A DNA stretch of 64,000 nt. Source: an uncultured Clostridia bacterium (GTDB lineage: Bacteria; Bacillota; Clostridia; Christensenellales; Pumilibacteraceae). Location: assembly GCA_948440265.1 (NCBI GenBank), contig CAOJOK010000007.1, positions 658 to 64,657 on the forward strand. The letters are read 5' to 3'. Below are positions 42,821 through 53,000 of the stretch, in pieces (position 1 is the stretch's first letter; every line of letters begins with the position of its first letter). The notes under the pieces were generated by a model, which made no database searches, was not told the DNA's origin, and saw only the letters and a list, made by a program, of their open reading frames with translations. The position numbers and the translations under genes are program-made.

Positions 42821-45421
42821 TCAGCCCACGCCGAGTTCGGTCTGCCAAACTACGCTTCTGGTGTATGTTCCGTCCTTGAAAGACAACTGAACTTTGCTGT
42901 CCTTGCAAGCGGTTACGGTGAACACCGTCGTGCCGATTGTTATCGTATCGCCGAGACCGACGTTTACGCTGGTTTCTTCGCCGCCGTTTACCGAGTAAGT
43001 TATCTTCGCAACGCCGCAACCTTCGTAAATCGTATAGCACTCGGTCTTGAACGAAATTTTGAGCGCAGCCAGCGCTTCTTTGGCGCTGTTTCCGGTCTTG
43101 TAAACTTCTTTTCCTGCAACGTCTTTGGTTACGTCCGTTGTTTCGGTTACGACGGTCAACGCGTTGTTCTCGCCTATCGAGTATACGCCCGTAATCTGTC
43201 CGTCTTCATAGATACCGAAGCCGCTTGCGCCCGCAACGTATTTACCAGAAGCACCGCCCTTTGTGTAGGTGCCGAAGCCGTCGAGCACTATCGTATCGGA
43301 GCCGAGCGTGTACGTTCCCGCAGTGCCGACAGGGTCGAGACACTTGGAGTTTGCGCCGTTTTCGCCTGCTACGACCTTGTAAATCGCAGACGTCGGTGTG
43401 CTTCCCGTATACTTTATGCTATACACATTGCCTTCGTTTTCGAACGAGCCGAGTTTGCCGCTTGTCGTACCCGTCTGATAGAACGCCACGTTATTCGTAT
43501 AGAGATAGAGTTTGGACGTAGAACTCGACGAAGGTACGGCATAGCCGCCCGTTATGTCGGAAGTCAGCGTAAGCGCATTCTTGGACAGGACGACCATAAC
43601 GCTCTTACCGCCGATTTTAAAGCTCGTACCGAAAATTACATCGTTTACTATATATCCCGTGAACGGAGCGCTTGCAGAAGGAACTATGGACAGCTTGTCG
43701 TTCTTTCTCGTCACGGAGAACTCAGCCGTTGTAGAATCTTTCGTCAGCGTAAGCTTGTAACCGTCGCCGCTTGCCGTGATTTGCGCCGTAACAGAGCTGT
43801 CGAGATTGTTTACATACGAACCCGTTTCGATTGTCGTCACAGGGGGCGGGTCGCCCGTTATGACGGCAGGTTTGCCGTTAAGCGTATAGTAGTAAGTGGT
43901 GGTTTCCTGCGCTTCATAATCTTCCACTTTAACCGTGAACTGCTGATTCGTTGCGTCGAATTTGATGTCGGCAGAGAAATCGCCCACCATTATAGCTGTC
44001 TCTCCGTCGATTGTTACGGACGCATTGCCCACCGTCTTGGTGGTTATGCCGACAAGGTTTCCGCCGTTGTAGTAAATTCTGTCAATTACGTCGGTGCCCG
44101 AAGGGAGCTTATACTCGCCCGAGTTTGCCGCCGTCATAGTGACGATGTCACTGCCGGAGATTTCGAAAATGCCGCTCGTCAAATTTTCCGTATCGTTTAA
44201 GAACACCATTTTAGCCGTATCGTTTACAAACGGAATATATGTGCCGTTTTCCCAATTGCCGAAGCCGTCGAAATTGACTTTGCTTCCGCTGTAGGTATAT
44301 TCGCCTATAAGAGAGTCAGCCTTATCGAACGTCTGCATATAACTCTGTATATTAAGTTTATAACTTACGGGAATGGATTCGCCTTCATAGGTCACCGTAT
44401 AAAGTCCGTTCTTAATCGTGAATGTTCCAACCTTAAATACCGACTGTGCATTCCAAGTGGAAGCATATTGATGTACCGCCATTTTGTTGGAATAGAAACA
44501 GACGCTTTCCTGAATCTCAAAATCGGAATTCGTAACGCGGGGACCGTTCAAACCCGACGCAGGAGAAAGCTCTCCTTCGGACAGTATCATATTCTGAAAC
44601 TGCGGTGCATATCCCGTCGTAACGGGCAGAGAAGCTATTATTACGCCGTTTACGTTGATTCCCGTATACTTCTTTCCGACATAATCTTCGGAACCCTGAC
44701 AGTCAATCGATTTAAGCGTAAATTCAACGGTGTTACCCGTCTTTTCCGCCATCGTATAAACGGTGCTGTATGTGACATCTTGCCAACTTGCATAATAGTC
44801 GAAGATAAGCTCGTCTTTCACGACTTTTGCGCCCTTTATCATTGCACTGCTGTCAAAGTAATTTACATATTCGACGGGGGTTTGGAATACCGCAGTCAGC
44901 GTGACAGTTCCGTTTACGGTGTATTCGGCGCCGCCGTCATAGGTGTTTTTGCCGTCCGTCCAGCCGACGAACACGTCGCCTTCTTTGCTCAACGCGCTTC
45001 CGTCGTCCAGCGTTATCTTTTCGCCTTTCTTCTTTTTGACCGCCGCAGGCACGTCGCCCGTCACGTCCGTACCTTTTGCGAAAGTTACGGTATATTCGTT
45101 TGCCGCCCACTGTGCGGTGAAGGTTACGTCTTTGCTGCCGACGGTATATTCACTGCCTGCCTGATATGTGGTTGCACCGTCCGACCAGCCCGTAAACGTA
45201 TGTTCTTCTTTCGTGAACGTGTTTTCGGGAAGGGTGATTTTTTCGCCTTCCTGCTTGCTTTGAGCGGCGGGAGCAGTTCCCGACGCCCCCTCGCCCCCGA
45301 CAAAAGTAACCGTGTACTGCGTCGGCTTGGGCTGATTACATCCCGTGACTCCGAACGACAGGCACAGAGCCAGCACGAGAGCAATCGTGACAACCAAGGT
45401 TGTCGGTTTCCTGTTCTTCAT
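42821..45421 (-). CDS. Large surface lipoprotein with two N-terminal Flg_new repeats and a ~650-aa uncharacterised beta-rich region
   Basis: 866 aa. Lipobox GVTGC. YTVTFVGGEGASG...HTFTGWSDG...VTFTAQW occurs twice. The remainder has no motif I recognise. Confidence 0.8.
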   Translation of the reverse strand: MKNRKPTTLVVTIALVLALCLSFGVTGCNQPKPTQYTVTFVGGEGASGTAPAAQSKQEGEKITLPENTFTKEEHTFTGWSDGATTYQAGSEYTVGSKDVTFTAQWAANEYTVTFAKGTDVTGDVPAAVKKKKGEKITLDDGSALSKEGDVFVGWTDGKNTYDGGAEYTVNGTVTLTAVFQTPVEYVNYFDSSAMIKGAKVVKDELIFDYYASWQDVTYSTVYTMAEKTGNTVEFTLKSIDCQGSEDYVGKKYTGINVNGVIIASLPVTTGYAPQFQNMILSEGELSPASGLNGPRVTNSDFEIQESVCFYSNKMAVHQYASTWNAQSVFKVGTFTIKNGLYTVTYEGESIPVSYKLNIQSYMQTFDKADSLIGEYTYSGSKVNFDGFGNWENGTYIPFVNDTAKMVFLNDTENLTSGIFEISGSDIVTMTAANSGEYKLPSGTDVIDRIYYNGGNLVGITTKTVGNASVTIDGETAIMVGDFSADIKFDATNQQFTVKVEDYEAQETTTYYYTLNGKPAVITGDPPPVTTIETGSYVNNLDSSVTAQITASGDGYKLTLTKDSTTAEFSVTRKNDKLSIVPSASAPFTGYIVNDVIFGTSFKIGGKSVMVVLSKNALTLTSDITGGYAVPSSSSTSKLYLYTNNVAFYQTGTTSGKLGSFENEGNVYSIKYTGSTPTSAIYKVVAGENGANSKCLDPVGTAGTYTLGSDTIVLDGFGTYTKGGASGKYVAGASGFGIYEDGQITGVYSIGENNALTVVTETTDVTKDVAGKEVYKTGNSAKEALAALKISFKTECYTIYEGCGVAKITYSVNGGEETSVNVGLGDTITIGTTVFTVTACKDSKVQLSFKDGTYTRSVVWQTELGVG

Positions 45422-45476
45422 ATTTCTTCTCCTTTTAAGGTTTATTGATTGAGTTGACTTCTTATACTTATCTTTA

Positions 45477-48400
45477 TCAACCGACCGACAAGCCGCCGTA
45501 CGTATACATTACGATTGCGTTGCCCCTGTCGATTATCATAAACGCCTTTTGCGTTTCCGTTTCGGGGAAATAGGTGCCCGTATTCGTCAGCTCGATTATT
45601 CCGAGCAGAGCATAGGTTATTGAAATCTCGCCGTCTTCATAGCAGACAATCGTTATGTCATTCATCGATTTCTGATACCAATACTTAAAGTTCTTCGTAT
45701 CTATCAGCGTATCCGAATATTCGCTTTTGGTGTTCTCGACAGGTCTGCCCTTAGAGTCGGCGCGGACCGAATAGCCGTGCAAGTCGCAGGTGTAATCGTC
45801 GTCGGCAGACGCGGGATAGTACACCGTGGCGGCATAGTCGCCTTCTTTCGGCATTATTGCCGCATAGGAGTTTTCCACCGTGTAAGTGCCTGCCGTTTCG
45901 TTCAGCGTCATAACGTATTTTCTGTCGTCGAAACGGAAGGTGTATTTGCCAGTCTTTTCGTCGACTTCGTACTTGCCCACGTTATACGTCTGATTTGCGG
46001 CGTCGTAACGTCCGACATAGTTATCCTTATACAGCGTGAATTTTTCCGCGCTTCCCGTGAAGTCTTTCGGGAACTCGCTTTCGGGGTCTGCCTTTATGAA
46101 GTTGTCGACCTTGGTCGAACCGTCGGTAAGCGACAGTCTTACTATGCCTGCGGATATGTCTATCGAGCCCGTATACGTCGTATTGCCCACTTTATAGTTG
46201 AGCGGATAGCGCGTCATAGCAAGTTTGCCTTCGTCGACGGACTCGTACTCTGCGGTATGAACCACGGTTCCGCTTGCGTCTTTAAGCGTTGCGCCGCCCA
46301 AGCCGTCCAATTCCAGCGTATAGCCGTTGGGAGCGGTGTATACGCCCTTTTCTTCTCTCGACGGCATAAGGCTCATTTCTTTGAGCTCGGGAGCCAAGTC
46401 GCCCGTTATCAGCATTGCGGCGGGAGCTTTCCACCACAAGTCGTATTCGGGGGTCAGTTCCATTACATAAGCCGCGGTGCGCGATATTTCGCCGCCGACA
46501 TAGCCCATTATCTTTTTATCGCTTGCCGTCCAGACAAAGAAGCCGAGACCGAGACCGTTTTTCAGGCGGTATACGGGTTTGCCGTCCTGCTCGTCTATCA
46601 CTTCGTAGTACGCATACGTTGCGCCCGGCGCGAAGTAGGTGTTGTCTATGCCGACCGCCTGGTTTGTCTTGGGGTTGACCATAAGGAAGAACAAGCCGCG
46701 TCCGTAACCGTCGGACTGGAATACGCCCGTACAAACTCTCTTGTTTTCGAACACGCGGTACATATTTCCGCGGGTGGCGTCGGGACGGAGCATTTCGCCT
46801 TTCTTCATACTGCCGTCGTACGCGTCGTGGAAAACGGGTACGAAATATTCGGTTATTTCGCCGTCTTCGGAGCGGAACACATATTCGAGCAGATTGAAGT
46901 ACGTTCTTTCGCTTACATACACTTCGGTGACGGGCTCGTCGGAAACGACGTTGTACACGCCTTTCGTTTCGTTGCCCTTCTCGTCCTTTAACGTAGCCGT
47001 GCCGTAACCGCTTAACGTAATGCTTATCTTGCCGTCGGTGAACGTCTGGTTTTCTTCGTCCACGAAGTACGGAGCATAATTGCGGCTGGCGCCCGTGTCG
47101 CCCACTTCGGCATTGAACGTGCCTATGAACTCGTCTGTGACAACGGCTTGATATTCCTTGCCGCCCTGCGTCTTGAACGTATACATCGGCTTACCGCTTG
47201 TTTCCACGTCGTATATATAGGTGAGAATATCGCAGTAGTCCGTCGTGCCTACCGTATAATAATGCTCGCCGAAACCGGGATACATAAGCATTACGTCGGC
47301 GGTTTCGCCCTCGCCCACTTCGAGGCGCTGTTCGTACTGCATAAGCACATAATAGTCGTTGTCGAACGGAGTGCCGTTGGCTCTTATAGCGTTGGCAGTC
47401 GTGTGAGAGCGGTATCTCGTGTTATACAGCGTATAGGTTTTGCCGTCGATTTGCACGGTGCAACGCGCGTATATATTGCGCAGGAAGTTGTCGTCCACGG
47501 TGTTCTCCAAGAAGTCGGAGAATGTGACGGTGAACGTCTTATCCGCGGAAGTAACGGTGAGCGTATAGTTCTTATAGTTTTTGACCTGCTCGCCGTCCGT
47601 GCCTGCTTCCGTCGTGTATGCGCCGAACGTATCGGAAGTTGCATAGGTACCTTTGGCAAGCGTGGTTTCGCCTTTCTTTATCGACACGCTCTTTACCTTT
47701 TCGTCCACGGCGATTGTGACGCTTTTGTCGCTGCTCTCATACGCGCCGAACAGCATTTTCTGTTCGCTCTCGTCGAGATAGAGCGTTCCGTAATAGGTCA
47801 TAAGTTCGTCTTTGGCGTTCTCGTCGGGAACGTACACGAAGTCGTAAGAGAATACTTCTTCGAAATACTCGTTGCCCTGACGGTATACGAACGTGCGAAT
47901 GGTTCTGTCGTCGTAATACTGCGATATGCCGCCGACAACGTACGTTGCGCCCATATCCGTCTTTATTTCCACCATTTCGCCGTTATGCCACAGTCCTATC
48001 TGACCGTATTTATTCTCTTCGAGATACCACTCGTCGTCCGCCTTATTGCCTATCTTGAAGCCGCTCTGCGTTTCGGCTATGACTTCTTTCATAGTGAACG
48101 TATCGACTTTATAGATATAGTAATGCGTTTGAGCCGCGGACAGATAATAGTCGAGCTTGACCGTGAAATCGACGTCGAGCAATATTCTCAACGTATACAC
48201 TTCCACGCCGTACCAAGCGTCCGTCGCTTTCGTATAAGTGCCGACGACGGTGGGAAGTCCGATACCCGAGCGGTAATAGGGGTCGGAAATTATCATTGTA
48301 TGGCCTGCGGAGAATTTCATTGTGAATTCGTATTTTCCGCTGCTGCCGACATAGTAATACAGTCCGCTCTCCTTGCCTGCCTTTTTGACCTGAGAGGACG

Positions 48401-50096
48401 GGCAGTGCGTTTTGAGAATGGTCTCCGCGCCCGTCGGCACTTCGCCGTTGAAGTAGAACACGAAGCCCTTGTTGCAGTCGTTCTCCACGGGGCGCATTTG
48501 TTCGTCGCCGTTTCCGTCGGTGTATATCTGCAAGCCGTGGAACGCATCCTGCGCAAGGTCGGTCGGCAGTGCGCCGTTGAAGAATACTTCGGTCAGTCCG
48601 GCGCTCAAAGCAAACGCTTCCTTGCCGATATACTCCACGTTTGCGCCTATCGTGACGCTGGTCAGATATATACACTGTTCGAACGCGTAATCGCCTATGT
48701 AGGTGCAGGAATCGGGAATTATCACTTGCTGGAGAAGATTGACGCTTTTGAACGCGCCTTCTTCTATTCTCTGCAGGTTCTCGCCGAACACGACGCTTCC
48801 GAGACCGTTGTTATAAGCGAACGCCTCCTTGCCGACTGTCTTTATATTTGTGAGCTCGCCGAGCGTTCTCATTTTGCTCGTGAAATAGTCGTTGTTTGCG
48901 ATATAGCCCTTGAAAGCCGATTCTCCTATCGTTTCCACTCCCGACAGCCACGGCATTGCGTACTCGACGTCGGCTTTCGTGTCGTAGCCTATTCTATGGC
49001 AGCCCTCGAACGCGCTCTTGCCGACCGTCTTTATTCTGTAAGTATACTCGCTGTCTATGTCAGGAATCTCGTCGTCGGTGAAGCGGTATGCCAGCACTTT
49101 TTCCAGACCGAAAGCGTAATAGAACGCGCCTTCGGGTATCTCGTCTATTTCGGTGTTTACGGTGACGATGCGCAGGGACTGCGGAATGAAGAAGCTGCCC
49201 GTCAGCGTATTCATATCGATTTCGCTTCCGCCCGAACCGCCGATGTTGGTCAGGTTGTATGCGAACGTATTGTCCTTATAGGTAGCCGCGCCGAAGATGT
49301 AAGCCAAAAAGGCGTTTTCGTCGCTTCCGCCGCCGATGAACGGCACGGATATCGCTTCCAAACTGTTGCAGCCCTCGAATGCGCCGAAGCCGATTTCGGT
49401 GTAGTTTTCGGGAATTATGACTTCTCTCAAAGTCGTATTCTCGGCGAACGCGCGCTCGCCTATTTTGGAATAGTTTTTCGGCAGGGATATCGACTCGTCG
49501 GTTCCGACATAGGCGATTATCGTGTCGCCCTCGACAACGAAGTCGCCTTCCGCAGGAAGCGGATTGTAATAGCCGTACAGCGTCACTTTGGCGTCTTTTT
49601 CCGTCGTCAGATTGAGAAGGCTGTCGTTTACGTTATAGTCCGCCGCTTCGGCGTCTCTCGTCTTTGCCCAGCCCGCAAGCTCGAAGCCCGTTCTCGTGAA
49701 CTGCTTTGCCGATTCGGGCACTGCCACGGGGGCGTCGTAAGTCGCGTTTACCGTCACGGGCAGTCCGCTGCCCTTGCCTGCGTTGAATTCCACGCTGTAC
49801 GGATTGGGCGTGAACGCCGCGTACACGGTCGTACTCTTATCGGGCAGAGTGGTCTGCGTGAACGCTTCGCCCTTGCCGTCCTTCCAGCCCGTAAACTCGT
49901 AACCCGTTTTTTCGGGCGCAGTCTGCAGCGCTATCTCGTCGCCCGGCAGTCCTTTCACCGTGCTGTGCACGGCGTCGCCGTTCATAAACGTCAGAACAAC
50001 GTCTTTACTGCAACCTGCGAACGCAAGCATTGTCGCAAGCGTGGTCACAGCCAAAACCGTTATCAGTATTATACCGAATTTTCTGCTTTTTTTCAT
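45477..50096 (-). CDS. Giant surface lipoprotein: Flg_new repeats, BspA-type leucine-rich repeats and a ~1000-aa uncharacterised region
   Basis: 1539 aa. Lipobox AFAGC. Flg_new x2 (YEFTGWKDG.., FELAGWAKT..). BspA-like LRRs (IGERAFAENTTLREVIIPENYTEIGFGAFEGCNSLEAISVP and others). Confidence 0.85.
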   Translation of the reverse strand: MKKSRKFGIILITVLAVTTLATMLAFAGCSKDVVLTFMNGDAVHSTVKGLPGDEIALQTAPEKTGYEFTGWKDGKGEAFTQTTLPDKSTTVYAAFTPNPYSVEFNAGKGSGLPVTVNATYDAPVAVPESAKQFTRTGFELAGWAKTRDAEAADYNVNDSLLNLTTEKDAKVTLYGYYNPLPAEGDFVVEGDTIIAYVGTDESISLPKNYSKIGERAFAENTTLREVIIPENYTEIGFGAFEGCNSLEAISVPFIGGGSDENAFLAYIFGAATYKDNTFAYNLTNIGGSGGSEIDMNTLTGSFFIPQSLRIVTVNTEIDEIPEGAFYYAFGLEKVLAYRFTDDEIPDIDSEYTYRIKTVGKSAFEGCHRIGYDTKADVEYAMPWLSGVETIGESAFKGYIANNDYFTSKMRTLGELTNIKTVGKEAFAYNNGLGSVVFGENLQRIEEGAFKSVNLLQQVIIPDSCTYIGDYAFEQCIYLTSVTIGANVEYIGKEAFALSAGLTEVFFNGALPTDLAQDAFHGLQIYTDGNGDEQMRPVENDCNKGFVFYFNGEVPTGAETILKTHCPSSQVKKAGKESGLYYYVGSSGKYEFTMKFSAGHTMIISDPYYRSGIGLPTVVGTYTKATDAWYGVEVYTLRILLDVDFTVKLDYYLSAAQTHYYIYKVDTFTMKEVIAETQSGFKIGNKADDEWYLEENKYGQIGLWHNGEMVEIKTDMGATYVVGGISQYYDDRTIRTFVYRQGNEYFEEVFSYDFVYVPDENAKDELMTYYGTLYLDESEQKMLFGAYESSDKSVTIAVDEKVKSVSIKKGETTLAKGTYATSDTFGAYTTEAGTDGEQVKNYKNYTLTVTSADKTFTVTFSDFLENTVDDNFLRNIYARCTVQIDGKTYTLYNTRYRSHTTANAIRANGTPFDNDYYVLMQYEQRLEVGEGETADVMLMYPGFGEHYYTVGTTDYCDILTYIYDVETSGKPMYTFKTQGGKEYQAVVTDEFIGTFNAEVGDTGASRNYAPYFVDEENQTFTDGKISITLSGYGTATLKDEKGNETKGVYNVVSDEPVTEVYVSERTYFNLLEYVFRSEDGEITEYFVPVFHDAYDGSMKKGEMLRPDATRGNMYRVFENKRVCTGVFQSDGYGRGLFFLMVNPKTNQAVGIDNTYFAPGATYAYYEVIDEQDGKPVYRLKNGLGLGFFVWTASDKKIMGYVGGEISRTAAYVMELTPEYDLWWKAPAAMLITGDLAPELKEMSLMPSREEKGVYTAPNGYTLELDGLGGATLKDASGTVVHTAEYESVDEGKLAMTRYPLNYKVGNTTYTGSIDISAGIVRLSLTDGSTKVDNFIKADPESEFPKDFTGSAEKFTLYKDNYVGRYDAANQTYNVGKYEVDEKTGKYTFRFDDRKYVMTLNETAGTYTVENSYAAIMPKEGDYAATVYYPASADDDYTCDLHGYSVRADSKGRPVENTKSEYSDTLIDTKNFKYWYQKSMNDITIVCYEDGEISITYALLGIIELTNTGTYFPETETQKAFMIIDRGNAIVMYTYGGLSVG

Positions 50097-50099
50097 TTC

Positions 50100-53000
50100 T
50101 TACTCCTTATCGCTCTTACCGTCTTCTATCTTCTCTGCTACTTCTTTTTTATCCGTTTTGCCTTTCTTTTTGGCTTGGAGCAGAAAGTACACTCCTGCGC
50201 AAGCGCCTGCCGCGACAACTACGCAGGCAATCACTATGCCTGCAATTGCGCCGCCGCTTAAACCGTCTTTCTTCGTCCATTTCGCCGTCAGCGTTACGTC
50301 GGTCGTTACCGCCTTGTCGAAATCGTAAACTTCGCCGTCCAAAAGCCAGCCGTCGAAACGGTAGCCGCTCTTTTTGGGCGCGCTCGGTATTTCCGCCTTT
50401 CTGCCTTCCAGCACCTTGACGGTGAACTCGGTTATGAATTCGCCGGTGAACGTCAGCGTGCAATAGGTCGGTTCTTCGACGGCAATCGCAAGTTTCGTGC
50501 TTACGCCGTTGTAAGTCACCGTCACGGCGTTGTCTGCCGTTGTAAGCTTTGTCTTATCCACGGTGTAATCGGTCACTTCTTCTTCCGAAGTGTCGTCGTA
50601 CACGGCTATGACCTTCATACCCGTTTTATCGAACGTTTCGCCGTCGTAATATCTCAAATTTGGCATTTCGGCAATCTTCAGCGACGCCACGCGCGCAGGT
50701 GAACCCAAACGGCTTCTTGCCGCTCTCACCGCGCTTTCGGCACTCTTTAACGTATCGTAATCGACGAGTTCGAGCTGTCTGGAATCGCTCACCGTATTAT
50801 AGAGTTTTCTTGCCGAGCGCACGCTTTCGCTCAATTCTTCGAGCGCGGACAGGTTTGCCGCCGCGTTTATCTGCGACGCCGCAGGCATTGCCGCAATCGC
50901 CTTGTTGACGCTTATGGTCAGAGAGTCCGCCGCGTAAGCCGATTTTTCCGACGTTTCGAAGAAGCCTTCCCAAACGAGGTTATCGTATCCGTAACCGTTT
51001 TCGGGATAGGTTATTTTAAGTCCGAAAGAGGGCGCTTTATAGTTGTGTCCGCTTTCGTTGAGTTTTCTCTCCTCCGTTCTCTTTGCGACGTAATCGTAGA
51101 AGTTTGCATAGAATACCTGCGAGCCGAGCTGCAAGTTGCCCGTCGTCGCGAACAGAGTATACATTATGTCTTTCGTGTTCAAGCCGCTCACGTCGACGTA
51201 TTCGGAGTCGAGCACGGGGGCGTTGACGGACACGAAGTTATATTCCTTGACCGAAGAACGGTAGAACGCGCGTGCGCCTATCGAAACCACATCTGCCGGC
51301 AGGGATACTTTTTTCAGATTTTGGACGCTGTTGAACGCGTCGTCTTCTATGCGGACGGTGCCGCTCTTTATCTCATAGCTTTCGCTTGTCTTTCCCGCAG
51401 GGTACTGCACGAGGGTGTAGCCGTTTGCCACCTTGGCATAAAGCACTCCGTCTTCGGCGAAGAAGGTTTCGTTGCCTGCCGCCACGGTTATTGCCGTCAG
51501 CGTGGGGATACCCGAGAATGCGCCGCTTCCGACGCTGGGTGCGAACACCTGTTTATCTTCCCACTTGCCCGACGACTGCAAGTACAGCGTAAGCGTTTTT
51601 TCGTAAGCATATTTCGAAAGCGTTTCGGGCAGGGCTATCGTCGTCAGGCGCGTGTCGGTGAACGCGTTTGCGCCCACGGTCTTGACGCCGTTTAAGCTGA
51701 CAGAGCGGATACCCGAACCGAAGAACGCTCCGACGCCGATATTCTGCGCGCCGTCGATTTTCGCTTCTTCGAGCGACTTACAGCCGTAGAAAGCCAAGTC
51801 GCCGATTGCCGTCGCCGACGTATCAATTTTCGTAAGTCCGCTTGCATAGAATGCCGCCGTGCCTATCTTTTCCGCGCCTTTCAAGTTTACCGTTTTGAGC
51901 GACGAACAGTTATAGAAAGCTCCGTCGCCTATCGTCTTTACGCTGTCGGGGATATTTACCGTTTTGAGCGGAGAGGGCGACGCGTTGAGACCGGACGGGG
52001 TCCAGGCAAACGCCCTTTCGCCTATCACGGTTGCGCCGTCGGCTATCGTTACGGACGAGAGCACGGAGCAGTTGGCGAACGCTTCGGCGCCCATTTTCGT
52101 CACGGCGGAGATATTGACCGACTGCAGCGACGGTATGCGCGCAAACGCGCCCGAGCCTATCTCTTTTACGCTTGACGGCAGTATCAAATTTACCAATCTG
52201 GTCTTGGCAAAGGCGTTGTCGCCTATCGACGCTATCGGTGCGCCGCCGAACGCTATCGACTGCAGCGGCGTATCTTCGAACGCGCTTGCCCCGATTGCGG
52301 TCACGCCGCTCGGGAGCGTTATGGTTTTGAGAGAGTCGCAGGAGCGGAACGCGGAATCGGACAGAGCGTCTATCTTTGTATCCGCTATGTTCGCGCTTGC
52401 GAGATTGACGCAGCCTTCGAACGCGCCCTTGCCGACGTACTCCACGCTTGCGGGCAGAGTGACGGACGTCAAGCCGCTTCCTGCAAACGCATAGTCGCCT
52501 ATCTCGGTTATGCCGCCGAAATTAAACGATTTGAGCGAGGTCTTGCCTGCAAACACGTTGTTGCCTATCTTCGTAACCGACGAGGGCACGCTCACGCTTG
52601 CCACCGCTTCGGGCACGAATACGATTTGCGTTTTGGCGGCGTTGTAGAGTATGCCGCCGTCCACGGAGTATTCGGCGTTACCGCTTACCGCGAACTTCGT
52701 GAATTTTTCGCAGCCGTCGAACGGTTTCATTCCGACGAAGTTCAATCTTGCGTTTGCGCCAATCGTGAACGTCGTCAGCTGTTTATTGTTTTTGAAAGCA
52801 TATGCACCTATTCTTACGTCGCCGCCGTTTATCGCGATGGAGGTCAGCGAAGTGTCAGCAAAAGCGTTCGCGCCGACGTAAGACAGGTTTTGGGTAAACG
52901 TGATTGTTTTGAGTTTCGTGCAGCCCGAGAACATACCGTCGGACACCGAACCCATAGGATAGGTCACCGTTTCGAGCGCGGTGCAGCCCTTGAACATATC

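Noticed and set aside
47148-50261. Very long plus-strand ORFs: 1037 aa here, 1005 aa at 54522-57539, 1009 aa at 58631-61660, 700 aa at 2994-5096, 641 aa at 39102-41027, 476 aa at 22761-24191, 448 aa at 976-2322, and others.
   Set aside because: Each lies exactly antisense to a minus-strand gene with clear family motifs. Their translations are R/V/F/H/C-rich with no recognisable motifs, no RBS and no signal sequences. Open antisense frames are expected here because the sense genes rarely use TTA, CTA and TCA codons.
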